Below are positions 40,440 through 54,927 of a stretch of 64,000 bases of DNA, piece by piece. Below the pieces are notes generated by a model that saw nothing but the letters and a program-made list of their open reading frames with translations, ran no database searches and was not told the origin of the DNA. Both the position numbers and the translations under genes were made by a program. Within the stretch, counting starts at the first letter, position 1; each line of letters begins with the position of its first letter. The stretch is from Eledone cirrhosa (lineage: Eukaryota). Location of the stretch: NCBI GenBank assembly GCA_964016885.1, contig OZ024746.1, positions 66,154,001 to 66,218,000 on the forward strand, read 5' to 3'.

Positions 40440-40619
40440 GGTGAATTGGCAGTATCGGTAGAGAGTTGGATTATGCTTTCCAGCATAGTTACGTCCCTTT
40501 ACGATCTGAGTTCAATTCCCGTCGAGGTTAACTTTGCCTTTCATCCTTACGGGGTCGATAAAATAAAGTACCAGTAATGTGCTGGGATAAGTGCTGGCCT
40601 TGTGCTAAAAGTAGAAACA
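40440..40619 (+). mobile_element. tRNA-derived SINE with 18-bp TSD
   Basis: GTTATTTAATATTATTTA at 40422-40439 and 40620-40637. Confidence 0.92.
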
Positions 40620-42547
40620 GTTATTTAATATTATTTATTATGTAATTTTCCTTATAGTTAATCACACAATTTTACTGAAGTAAGTACTCCACAGTATTTA
40701 CTTCTGCATGTTTCTATTTATATCTTTGTAAAATCCCAAATATATTGGCCCCTTGTAACCAAGAAACGAAATCATTATAATTATCATAACGTAAGCGGAC
40801 TCATCACTTCAGTAATGTGGTTGAAGCGGACTTGCTCTCAATATGTTCATTCTTGGCTGCAGTGGTACCAAAGACAAAACATAAAGGAGTGAGGAGAGAA
40901 GACATCCAGATAGACCAATCGTTCGACATGGACATTTTCTGGTTTGTCATTTCAAATTGACCACCGAAATGATGCCGCTTTTGAACCTCGTAATCCAGCG
41001 ACAACAGATGATACATCAACTATAAAGAGTTATCATAATGCTACAGAATATTCACATCAATATCGCATTGCCTTATAAAAAGCTGAAAAATAATAAACTC
41101 GCTTGCTGTATGTAATACAAGATTTAGCTAGTTATAAAATTTCACGAAATGTTTGTGATATACCTGCGTCACGAGTAAGCGAAAACAGTGTATATAAAAC
41201 ATACAAAAAGTTCCCATTGATTTTTATTGCTCTCCATAAAAATGTTTATTGATGTCAATATGTAAATACAAATATAAATAGTTAGATAGTATAATTGAGT
41301 AGGCTGTTTCTTGCCTTATACCATCGACATTAGTATACGTATGCGCGTGTTGTTAGTCAATATGCGTGGTGTGTGCGTATTTGTGTCTGTGCTTTACATG
41401 CATGCATTCATTTGGTAAAATACAAGTATTATCAGAAGAAGTCGATTTTAGCCATCAATATCTCATAAAATTTAAGATCCACATAGATTGATTATATGTT
41501 TTTTGAAAATATTAAATTTGTATTCATTTTAAGTTTAGTAGATTTTTCCTGTCAGTATAATACACTATTTGCAACAATTATAATACTATATATATGGAGA
41601 AAGAAATATCTGAGAATAATTTTATTTTAATATTATAATTAATTTTGGTCATAAGACCCGTGATTTTCAAACTTTAGTTGTTTTTTAATCAATCAATTCT
41701 TGCAAATATATATGGCAAGATATATGCCACATAACGTATCGGATAGTTCTGGTGCTCTATAACCAAAATACAGAGCAAACATTTCTGACAAAATATCATA
41801 TATTTCCCATCGATAATGTGAGTAATGTTGAGACATGTCTACCGCACAATTTTAGGAGAATTCATACATACTTACTATCTAAGAGATAATGTTTTAGTCC
41901 TATCGAATATGAAGCGTAAAACAATGGAAATCGTAATGTTATTTATTCGATTTAATTCAATATCTCATATAGAAATACTTGCGGATCATTGTCATCAGAA
42001 AATACACCAGAAATGAATAAGAATCTAAAAGAAAATAATCACAATCGCAAAGTATACAAGATACTATGTTATTTGTATAAAGCATTAACATCAGATATTA
42101 AAGTGAAAGCTTCAACATTCCTATAGAAGAGAGCTAAAGAAAATGCAACGTGAGCAGCAAAGTAATTTTGATATTAGTTCTGACTTAATATTTTTCATTC
42201 GCATTTACTTTCTAAATTCAAATGTATAAGAGAAACTTCCAAATGTATATTACAGATTCACTTACATGTTACGCTGATCTTGAATACACGGAACTATATC
42301 GAATACAGAAAAAACACGTCACCAACGAAAGCTAAATATAAATATATTGATAGAATATTCAATTCTCTGCATTAACGAAACACAGTACAAATAATTGATG
42401 ATACATTTGAACAGGATGCATAGATGCAGTCATGCCTATATGCATACATATATATATATGTGTGTGTGTGTTTGTGTGTATGTGTGTGTATGTGCATGTG
42501 TGTGTGTGTGTGTGTGAATATATTCATGTGTACGTTTATGTGCATGC

Positions 42548-42579
<32 letters not shown>

Positions 42580-42799
42580 AATTCTCTCTCCCAACACACA
42601 CACACATAGGCAGAATACGCATGTGTGCTTTCCCCCTTTTTTATATTTTTTCCTCTGTTCCTTCCTCTTATCACTTTTTATCTTTCTATTTTCTTTTATT
42701 TCTAACACTATAGTATGATGAAGGGCTAGTGTCCGAAACGTTAAGATGGTCCTCCTGCTATTTAAGCATTAAACTGATATATTTCTTCAATGTAAATAT

Positions 42800-42833
<34 letters not shown>

Positions 42834-44149
42834 TCGTTGTATATTCTGTTTTATTAAATCTGTTATTAGATATTGAGTAATGCACGAAGTATATATATGT
42901 ATATATGTATGTATTTGTGTACTACAAGTAATGGTATAACAATGATGTAGAAACCAGTAGGTTTGAATTTACTTAATTGTATTGATTACATTATGAAATC
43001 AATAACGTGAGGTAAAACTGAACCTACTGGCTTCTACTTCAATAATATATGATGTAGTATAGTTAATACGAAGCATCGGAAGATATGTATTAAAATCCGA
43101 TGTTTTAAAAAGCCGATACAATGCGGTAGAAAAATACAATGACAAATTATAACAGACTAAACTAAACTAGTATTTTGCCTAGAATATTTGTAAATTTCAA
43201 CATATTTCAGGGGACCCTTTTTATAAAATGAATTTGCGATATCGTCATCTCTAACTGGCTCATTTGGCTAAAAATGCATGAATTAGACTGGTTTCATAAC
43301 GATTTGACGCATGTGGTTATCATACACGTAGATTAGTTAAGAAAGAAATCATCTTCTCCATTCTGAAAGGAAATGCCTTCTCCATTCTGTCTTCCGAGCC
43401 CGTGGAGTAGCCAGTATGTGGGGCCCCATTTGCTCATAATACAGAGAGATGGGGCGGGTGAGAGAGATGGAAGCGATGACAATGGGAGTTCGGCCCTAAA
43501 ATGTTCGGATTTGGTGTGCAGTGTCAGTTATCCGCAAGGAGGTAAAAGTAGAATGATTTCTCTCGTCCTTTCCTTGTTTGGCTTCTGTAAACATGCACTA
43601 TATCAGATTCCATATTAGATCCAGTCTTCGTCTCAGCAAAAAGATATGAACAAATATATGGATAATATATTTATAAAATCAAATTTTGATCCCATTTTCA
43701 TAATTTCTAACTATAATTTACACATCTACTTTGAAAGTAGGGTTTATACCTTGACATATCATGCTAACATATGCAAATATATTGTTTTGTTTTATTTGTC
43801 ATCAACTGCATTTTGTGTTTTTCTACCAGATTGTACAGGCTTTTTGAAATTTATCATTCCTTTATTATATATAAATATATATATATATATATATTTGTGT
43901 GGATGTATGTATATATATATAAGCATTGAATAATATTTTTTGCAAATAGCTAGAGGTTAATTCAAACATATACGTATACACACACGCACACACACACACA
44001 CACATACACACACATACATACACAGAGATATGGTTATATATGGGGAGGGTCATATCATAACAGAACACACTCACTGTTTGGTTTGGGTTTCGCTTCTGTA
44101 ACTTTTATATCTCCATAGTTATAACAAATATATATATTTATATATATAT

Positions 44150-44671
<522 letters not shown>

Positions 44672-44724
44672 AGAAAGTGAGGCTTTTTTTACAGAATGAA
44701 AAATAACCGTATATATATATATAT

Positions 44725-44779
<55 letters not shown>

Positions 44780-44780
44780 A

Positions 44781-44850
<70 letters not shown>

Positions 44851-44852
<2 letters not shown>

Positions 44853-45066
44853 TATTAGAAAGTGAGGCTTTTTTTACAGAATGAAAAATAACCGTGGTGT
44901 CCTACACGAGTGAAAGTATAAAGAAAAAAAGATGAAATCAAAAATGGAACTGGAGTCTTATTTTTTTTAAAATATATATATTTATTTGGTTCCGTTACCG
45001 GTTGCGCAGTTCTTCTGCTTTTCAAAAGTAGAGTTAAGATGGAGGGTCTGTGATTTTTCTCACATC
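44851..45066 (-). mobile_element. Family B (Neptune-like) PLE terminal fragment
   Basis: Matches 56063-56271 and the reverse complement of 61326-61537; a ~42-bp copy of the extreme end is at 44668-44710. Confidence 0.8.
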
Positions 45067-45279
45067 TATATATATAGTTTCCATTTATTAATATCATTGA
45101 TATTAATATATATATATTGATATACTGATATATATATATCAATGATATTAACAAATGGAAACTATCTTTATAAAACCTTATTTATTTTATTATATATATT
45201 TCAAGGGTACCAACATTTTTTTACGCTCTCATCAGATAAAATAAAAAGTTATTTCATAAATAGTGATACCTTTTTTTAG

Positions 45280-45310
<31 letters not shown>

Positions 45311-45788
45311 AAAATTGTTTTGTTTCAAATTCAGTTTGGATAGTATGAACTTAAAACGATAAGTTTTAAGTTCATAAGTTTTAAGTTAACATATACATGC
45401 GGACGGGAAAATATTGGCGTGGAGAGAGTGACCTGTGACGAATTGAACTACGTATCACCTGCAATCGTACGAATTCATTAAAAACTACCCTAACATGTCC
45501 TGGCCACAGAATATCGTCTAACATGAAACGTTTAAGCATGTAGTAAGAATCTGAACCTCTGGCGGGTTACGAAGTGTCGGGAACAATTTAAATTTCACAT
45601 ACATATGTATCTATATGTCTATGTATCAGTAGTCAGAACTTTTTCTATAAATATAAGAAATACGATGAAGTTTAGTATTTATGTATTCAGGTTTTATATC
45701 GTATTAACATTTTAAGCGTGTCTCGCTGAGGATTTACTCAATGTCCCCCATATTGATACCACAGCCAGTAACTCACTGTATCATTTAC

Positions 45789-45832
<44 letters not shown>

Positions 45833-45843
45833 TTTTCATTTAC

Positions 45844-45886
<43 letters not shown>

Positions 45887-47177
45887 AAAGAGATAGAGAT
45901 ATATAGTGAGAGAGGGGCAGATAGATGCATAATTCATCGATGGCTGGAGTGACCTTTGTGAGAGTCATTGTGCTCCATCACTAATCTCTCTTTTTAAATT
46001 CATATCTATGATCAGATTATTCTATTTACACTTAGATGTTTCTAATTGTGTCCACGACTGGAAAAGAAAACATTAAATACCACACAATACTATTCCACCA
46101 AACCCAACTCCTGCTAATGTAAATATATCAACGTGATCAATCAAACTCCTAAAATCAACGGCATATCCCCATTAAATCACACGATACTGTCATATATTTG
46201 TCAATGTGTGAGACATCGCAGTCAAGTCACACGCAACTCTTGTCGCTTTGTTTTAATTTTCTGAGTAGTAAACATCAACTGTTTACCGATCTTATCCATC
46301 CAATCTTTATAAGAAAATTTGAAATGTGCGGTTCTATCTTTGTACCAAAAATATACAGACCGTCTTATGGAAGAATTTGCAATTATTGCTCGGAGAGCAA
46401 ATGTTAAAGTAAACATCACCTTGACTGTATTTTCCTTTTATTCATTGCACTTTCCGCATATTTAAATTGTTGCGGTTTATGCTTAAATTTATAAGGGATT
46501 TAGACACTTCAAATCAGGAGGAATGATTTCTATAAAAAACAATAATAGCATGCAGCTTTATTTCCTTTCACGATAATCAGTTTTTGATTGAAAAAATAAT
46601 TAAATTTCATTGCAATCGTTCATAAAGCTGTGTTACTTTCTCCACCTATTTAATCAGGAAACCTCTAGTGTAGCAATGCAACAGTGTTGAAATAACATTT
46701 ACATAATGGGAATCAATCAAATGCAAGGAACAACGACAAGGCCACAGCCGTCACTATGGTAAACAGTTATGCATATATCGTGTAGAAAGACCAGAGTTTC
46801 TTTCGTAGTGGAAGACTACAACCGTGTACAACAAACAGACGTGAAAGAGAGATATAACCTTTTCTATGAGAGAAAAAAATCAACAACTGATTCACACACT
46901 TTCCAAATTCAGACAATTAGAGATATGAAGATACAATTTTAACAAATTGCATAGGAAAGTTATATGAAATGTTACTCAATGTGATGCATTTCTTCGATTA
47001 AAGGAAGGCTTCTTCATGATTTTCCTGTAAACCATACTTTGAACGTGTTACTTATTAACAGGTGATACTGCCACATCAAATATACATATCAAAGTAATGT
47101 TAGAACTATAACCTAGGTTTAGGTGGAGAGGTCTTCCATAGATTACCGTTTTATCTACAAATAAGAATGCAGGGCAC

Positions 47178-47221
<44 letters not shown>

Positions 47222-47328
47222 GACATACATAAATACATACATACATACATATATATATATGTGTGTGGGTGTGTATATATGTGTCTGTGTGTGTATGTAT
47301 TTATGTATGTGTGTATGTGTATATATAC

Positions 47329-47359
<31 letters not shown>

Positions 47360-47461
47360 CTTATATAGGTGTAAATAAAATATCAAGGAAAACACCACTG
47401 TATACTGGCCTCTCTTCGGGGGCAGGGCAAAAATGCACATGCAAACGCACATGCCTGTATA

Positions 47462-47526
<65 letters not shown>

Positions 47527-47747
47527 GTATATACATGTTGGTTCTTTGCCCCACTTTTCTTTGTCTTTCTGTTTTCCATTCACACTTGCTGTGTTTCATT
47601 ATTATGTCGAAATTTGTATGGCTTGTTAGAGAAATGTATTCTGTCATGGGCTACTGTCTTTATACCGACGTTGAAATAACCGCACCCCAGCCCCTCTCTC
47701 TCTATCTCTCTCTCTCTCTCTCTCTCTCCCTCTCTCTCTGTATATAT

Positions 47748-48074
47748 ATGGCTCTGAACATTAATCAGTATACACTGAGGATGAAAAACTCAGAGCTGTA
47801 TGGGAGCCTCCCAAAAGTCAGCTCAAAAGTGACACAGAGGATATTGAGGTTAGCTGGACATGCTCACCGACATCCAGAGTTGACATTGCACTCGGTGCTC
47901 CTTTGGGAGTCCCTACATGGACACACTAGAAGAGGAAGACCAAGGTTAACGTATGTTGATGCCCTAAGGACAGACACTGGTCTGTTGGAGACGCAGGACA
48001 TGGCAGCGATAATGAGGGACAGAGTCCGTTGGAGAGAACTCGTCCATGGATCTCGAGAATTTTACCCGCCTTAG
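47748..48074 (+). mobile_element. RTE-clade LINE 3' fragment in (TA)n
   Basis: NSELYGSLP...RILRLAGHAHRH...LLWE..HG..RRGRPRLTYVD.L..D.G.....M.DR..WR; stop codon almost directly followed by (TA)n. Confidence 0.85.
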
Positions 48075-48120
<46 letters not shown>

Positions 48121-48139
48121 GTGTGTGTATATATATCTC

Positions 48140-48170
<31 letters not shown>

Positions 48171-48312
48171 CGAATACATATTCATTTGAAATTCATGTGG
48201 CATAAAAGTAAATATTTCATTACTAATCAGGGCAGGATGTATATGTAGTGTAAAATAACATTTATATACATTATACTTATTGCTTATCCTCATGAGATTA
48301 TATTAAATCATT

Positions 48313-48498
48313 GTTTCTACTTTTGCCACAAGGCCACCAATTATCCCAGTGTATTACTGGTACTTTACTTTATCGATCCTGTAAGGATGAAAGGCAAAGT
48401 TAACCTTGGCGGGATTTGAACTCAGATCATAAAGGGGCGTAACTCTATGCTGCAAAGCATGGCGTCCGACCATCTACCGATACTGCCAATCCACCGCC
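48313..48498 (-). mobile_element. tRNA-derived SINE, full length
   Basis: Same family as the 10.75-kb copy. Confidence 0.9.
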
Positions 48499-49246
48499 GT
48501 TATATTATAGTAAATAATGATCCTTAAAGACAATGCTTCGCAACGACATTTGATATGTTCACTTCCTGTTGCGTACACCTATATAGTAAATACATTTCTA
48601 ATCAATCACACTCTTTTCCTATTGAAAACAAAAATACCCACTTTGCGGCAATGCATTTTATATTCATTCCATTGAAAAGTAATTTTCTTAATTTAGAATT
48701 TGTTTTCGTTTTAAAAATCAATAGTTTTTAGAAGCATATGCCATTATCTTTTTCAATAGCCAATCATTTATTATTTTATTGTGACTCAAATAGAGCTAAC
48801 GACTTACAATTCAGGATGTTCATAATAAGTTATCTATACAAACCGTTTGTAGACAAGTGCGGTTCATTTACAATGCTATTGTTTTCAGTTGGTATACGAC
48901 TGGCACTACCTATAACCTTTGTAGCACATTTCCCGAACTGTCATATATGATTAATGCTTTTGATTCACAATCCTAATTAATTACAGGGCAATGCCTACAA
49001 AATGTAAATCCGGGGTATCGACCTAAAATTTGCAAAATACTGTACTCAGCTAAAGACACTCATTTTACAAATTTTGTTTCTACGAGAAAAGATCTTTGCA
49101 GAAGTTGCCACAAAAAAAAAAAAAATTAAAATACAACATCAGGTTTATACTTGAGCATCTACACCATCACTTACAAATGTATGCCATGAACGACAATTAT
49201 CTAAGAAAAATAAATGTTATGTATATATATATTGTTATGTATATAT

Positions 49247-49680
49247 ATTGTTATACTTTGGGAGGGTCATGTTGCCAATAAGAAACACACGCACCAGTTG
49301 TACACTTCAATTTATATTTATAAATTTATAAATTTAGGAATTTATAAATTTCAGGTTGGCTGGTTGGTTCCACAACCAGATGATTGTTTATATAGTGTCA
49401 AAGTTCTTTCGTCACACATACCGTGACCTCTTCAGTGACTGAGGATTATTTTCTTTGTTTTTGTTTTGACAATATATAAACAATCATCTGGTTGTGGAAC
49501 CAATAACCCAACCGGAAATTTATAAATTCCTAAATTTATAAATTTATTATAATAAATTGAAGTGAAACAACTGGTACGTGTGTTTCTTATTGGCAACATG
49601 ACCCTCCCAAAGTATAACAATATCGGTTTCAACACACGTTTTAGATAAAGAACCTTGCTAAACAAATTCAGAAACGAAAT
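49247..49680. mobile_element. Family A non-coding fold-back (two inverted pLTR segments)
   Basis: 49247-49401 and 49466-49621 are inverted copies; left arm carries the HHR; TA-rich or (TA)n flanks. Confidence 0.88.
49397..49439 (-). ncRNA. Minimal type I HHR (family A)
   Basis: GUCA-CUGAAGA-GGUCACGGUAUGUGUGAC-GAAA-GAAC-UU/UGAC; same fold at 55822-55864. Confidence 0.75.
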
Positions 49681-49732
49681 ATATATATATATATATATAT
49701 ATATGGAAATATTGTCAACCCTATGATGATAA

Positions 49733-49768
<36 letters not shown>

Positions 49769-50047
49769 AAATATAGTCATCCTTATGATGATAAGTATAA
49801 TAATAATAATAGTTGAAAATGGAGGAGATAGCCCACTTCACTTGGAGACAGTTATATCTACTGTGGTATAAGTAGGCTATATGCATTTGGTAACGTTTCT
49901 TGGTGTCACATGTTCTTAACTTTGTGTTCACGCTGGATTAAAATGTTTAAACATTTCACACCATTGTGTCTGCCTCAAGTAATTCAACTAGCATCCGCTA
50001 TATTGCTGCTAGAACATCGATTTATACTATCATTATTATTATTATTA

Positions 50048-51190
50048 TTGTTCGTTGAGTCTCAGTCATTGATGTTATTTAACTTGAAAGTTTGTTGAAA
50101 TGAATATCAAGTCGCTACCTGCAGCCTCAGATATTCAGGACGTATCGGACGGTTCTTGCTGTTCCCAGCAATCATGCCTTTTGAAGTGTTAAAAAAAAAC
50201 GGGGCTGGACTGATCTTCTTTAACCATCCTTGGAAACTTTTTGAGATAGTACCTAGTGCGCCTATGACAATCGGGGACGACCTTGATCTCATGGCACTTC
50301 CAAATCAGTTTTATCTCCCACTTTAAGTCCTGGTATCGGTTAATTTTCTCCCTCTCCTTTTCTTGCACTCTCGTGTCTAATGAGCAGGCTACATCTACAA
50401 TCGGGCACGATCTTTTTCCTTGTCAAAAACCACTTGGCCTGACCTGTTGTGTTCTAATTTCTTGCCCGTCTGTATCCTAAAATCCCATAGTACCTTCATC
50501 TGATCGTTTTCTATCACCGTCTCTAGCTTATGCTCATACCACTTCTCAGAATGTGGTAAGTTGTTTAGTTTTCATAGATGCCAGTGAATCCCCTTTCCTA
50601 TCGGATCATGTCTCCAGCTTTTATAGTTTACACTTAGATACAATGTGAGCCACATTCTCCTCCCTCTGTCTCCACAGATCCTACACAGTGAGCTAGCCTC
50701 TCCTTGTCAATATAGTGTTTCACCCACTTCCTTCTGACGGCTTGCTCTTGCGCAGCCATTAGCATTCTTTCTGTAGCTTTTTAAGGTCTCCTCTTTTTAA
50801 CCAGTTTCATTCTGTGGATCTCTGAATTCCAGTTTCTTAAAGCAGGTGCTATGAAGGGATTTTTCATTAAGGTTGCTCTTCCTCCTTGCTGTTATTTCTT
50901 CCTTGGACATCCCTTGTTCTATTGTCTTCTCCTTCAGTACAATTTTCTGCATTGGCTCCCTACTGTCAGACACATATTTGTGCAGGTTGCTTTTCTCCAG
51001 CGGAACACAGTCCTCTTTGCTGATAAGACCTCTTTCACTTTCGGATGTTTTTAAGTAGAGTCTATCAACATCACTCTTCTTGTTGAACATACTGTAGATA
51101 GTCATTAGCGTCCTAGTCTTTCTATCCATTTCTTTTTGTTCAGTAACATTCCATTTCAGAATTCCAGTACTATACGTAATAATAGACATA
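50048..51190 (-). mobile_element. Third R4/Dong copy, 5'-truncated; SINE 3' fragment adjacent at 51192-51250
   Basis: [27 protein letters not shown]; PIVIGALGTISK; 3' end GACTGAGACTCAACGAAC(AAT)n. Confidence 0.9.
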
Positions 51191-51263
51191 TAATAAAGTA
51201 CCTGTAATACACTGGGATATTGCTGACCTTGTGCCAAAAGTAGATACAATTATTATTATAATC

Positions 51264-51305
<42 letters not shown>

Positions 51306-51326
51306 TATACACATATATATATACAC

Positions 51327-51357
<31 letters not shown>

Positions 51358-51389
51358 TATATATAAATAAATATATATAAATAAATATA

Positions 51390-51464
<75 letters not shown>

Positions 51465-51477
51465 ATTTATATGTATG

Positions 51478-51528
<51 letters not shown>

Positions 51529-51624
51529 GTATATATATGTAGGAGGTGAGTTTTATTGTAGTACAATAAAGCAATGCAGATATCGGATAAGAAGCACTCT
51601 ACAATTTGTAGGACTGGAGTATGC

Positions 51625-51945
51625 ATAATATAAGATCAAAAGATGGTTAAAGGAGTTCCATGTATTTTATTATGCGCATTTCAAAAACAAACATCATCAT
51701 GCAATAATATTTGTGTTTTCATCAGATAAAACAGGAGAACATGATATGAAGGCTAAAAAACACTTGTGGATAGTGATATGTTGATTTAAAACTGCACTGT
51801 CCACAAGTGTTTTTTAGCCTTCATATCATGTTCTCCTGTTTTATCTGATGAAAACACAAATATTATTGCATGATGATGTTTGTTTTTGAAATGCGCATAA
51901 TAAAATACATGGAACTCCTTTAACCATCTTTTGATCTTATATTAT
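51625..51945. mobile_element. Fold-back element family E, ~150-bp arms, one HHR per strand
   Basis: Near-perfect inverted repeat with ~20-nt spacer; HHR at 51839-51905(+) and 51665-51731(-). Confidence 0.88.
51839..51905 (+). ncRNA. Minimal type I HHR
   Basis: UUUUAU-CUGAUGA-long stem II-GAAA-UGCGCA-UA/AUAAAA; palindromic stem III. Confidence 0.82.
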
Positions 51946-51948
51946 ATG

Positions 51949-52002
<54 letters not shown>

Positions 52003-52059
52003 CGTATATATATATATATATATATACGTATACATACATATATATACATATATATATAC

Positions 52060-52138
<79 letters not shown>

Positions 52139-52662
52139 CTTTATTTCACGTTGCTCCTTCTACCTGGAGTTGCGACCGATAGATAGTATTAGCAATTGGA
52201 AAGACCAACAGAAACATTGTTTCCTCGGTCCTATTTGACGAAAGTCGATCGAAAAGGAATATATATAGATATATAGATATAAAATGTTGGCAACGTTATT
52301 TGTCCAAATATATAAGCATTAGAACTAAAATGTACAACCACAGTTCATTTGTCACATTTGACATTTTATTTCGATAGTACGTTTCAAATTCGCGAGAATT
52401 TGATTTTTTTTTGTATTAATATTTAAAGTCGGATTTCTCTACGTTTTGTCATAATCCAATTGTATACCCATTAAGATTTACACATTTGTTAAAAGGGCGT
52501 GTACCAATGATGACCTAAATATATCTCTTTATCCTGCAGCATTTGCATGCTGACATGAATAATTTCAAATAGTGTTGTCAAGTTTTCAGCAACATCCATT
52601 AAATTAAGTGAAGTTTGTGTGAGCATATACATGTTAAATGGTATTAGCTGGAGCTGTGTGCT

Positions 52663-52745
<83 letters not shown>

Positions 52746-53865
52746 ATACTTTAGTAATACGATATTATCCTGTCTATTATTGAGTGTGTATTGATGCAGC
52801 TTTATACAATCATTTGTATTTACATGAATATATACATACTTGCATGCAAGCATAGATACATACATACATATACAAACTTATATACATACATTCATACGTA
52901 ATAAAGTAGTAAAATCCTATCTACCAATATTTCTATCAGTGTATAGGATCCAAACAAGAATGCGGTACCTGGAAATGTATAGGGATATTCCCTCCTGTCG
53001 TACAGTATCTTGATATCAATGAATGACTAACCAGTTAATACTAAAATAACATAAGAAATATACCACAGAACTTGCTTTGCAAATGTATTGTGTTAAACCT
53101 GAATATATGGCATGTCAAAATAATATTATTCTTATATTTCGATAGATGAATAGTTTGATACATATTTGTTTGATAAACATACAGAACGATAGTTGTAGGG
53201 ATGAGGAATAATAGAGAATAATAAATGTATGAGCAATAAATGAGTAACAAATGTATTTGAAGAAGGATAGCTTTCATCGAGAGAGTTAGAGATTAAGAGT
53301 GAAAGAGAGCGTGGGAGGTGTAATATATTAAAAATAGACATTACTTATATATGGAATGGAAATGATGAGAAACAGCGGGATGCAAAATAAATAAATATGA
53401 AAAAACACACACACGCACACACACAAATATATATATATATATATATATATTCTTGGCAGTTATCACAAAACCACCTTTTTGTTCTTCTTGTGTATTTTTT
53501 TGATATCTTTCTCCCCTTTCTTTCTACTTCTTTACCACTTACTTTACGCTTGTGATGTATTCCTTGTTTATTTGATAGTCATTCATATCCAACCTCATTT
53601 TTATATTATTCTAATTCATTCTATATTATCATTCATATATATCAACATTAATTCTCGACTAAAGTCACCCCTTTACCTATACTGCCAATTCATCACTACA
53701 CTACATCTGATTAACAGATAGTGACCTTCTATATCTCTTTTGCTGATACTGAGAGACTATTCATTCATGACATACCGAAGCATATCTAGCAATCGAAAGA
53801 ACAGGAGTGCCTTGTTTTTCTTCATGTGTTTCTGTTTTTTTCGGTTCCAATTCTAGTTGTCTGAT

Positions 53866-53901
53866 GAGGACATAGCAATTGCATAACGAAATATATACAA
53901 C
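53866..53901 (+). ncRNA. Degenerate HHR-like motif
   Basis: GUUG(U)-CUGAUGA-G...C-GAAA-UAUA-UA/CAAC; stem II weak and stem I register off by one. Confidence 0.4.
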
Positions 53902-54060
53902 AGCGATAATGATTAAATGTAGTAAATTCTAACAAGTTGGCATGCACATCATGATTATAATTATAATTATATTCCGGAGTAAACACACCCATTCGTGTAA
54001 ATCGTAGAGAGCTCTATCCTGCATATACTAGTACGTAACTGACACATACTTTAACAAATA

Positions 54061-54158
<98 letters not shown>

Positions 54159-54223
54159 TACACATACAGGACAAAGAACTGGCATAGCATTAGGATCTAG
54201 CAATATTGCGCTTGCGGGAACGG

Positions 54224-54302
<79 letters not shown>

Positions 54303-54782
54303 CAGGCCTGGGTGGTTTTGCATTAGCATTAGTCGAGTCATATGCATTCCGTTTTCACCCATGGTTACCGCAAGCGCAATATTGCTGGATCATAATGCTA
54401 CGTCAGTTCTTTGTCCTCAGATGTTGATGGAGTAGCCCCCAACTTCACAGAATTTAATGGGTTTCCGCTTTCTCCAAGACTGGTCTCTAAATGCCCATGG
54501 TAGTACCACTATCTTAACCTTGGTCTTATAATTAATAATTTGGCCATGGGTCACATTAGCTAAAGCGACATTGTAATATAATGCAGGTCTGAGGGTAGAC
54601 ATTGAAACGCTCCAATGTAGAAACACTGGCCAGTATTACCCTAATATTGAAGGCGGACAGCGTATAGGAACGTCACTACACAACGGGGCAACAGACGTGC
54701 CTGAGGTAAGAGCCCTCTCCCCCATAATCCCTCAATGGCTTGATGCAACCCCGACCCAACCAACTATATATATATATATCTT

Positions 54783-54837
<55 letters not shown>

Positions 54838-54838
54838 T

Positions 54839-54921
<83 letters not shown>

Positions 54922-54927
<6 letters not shown>

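Noticed and set aside
40804-41019. 71-aa ORF in complex sequence
   Set aside because: No recognisable domain or convincing splice context
45279-45305. Poly-C run (and poly-G at 6229-6244) as functional G-quadruplex
   Set aside because: Simple homopolymers of uncertain length; no evidence of function
46222-46419. ORF containing YFWYKD (Ig C-strand-like)
   Set aside because: In-frame stop just upstream, no good acceptor and no other Ig motifs
47433-48074. 213-aa ORF as a host gene
   Set aside because: Microsatellite read-through fused to an RTE C-terminal fragment
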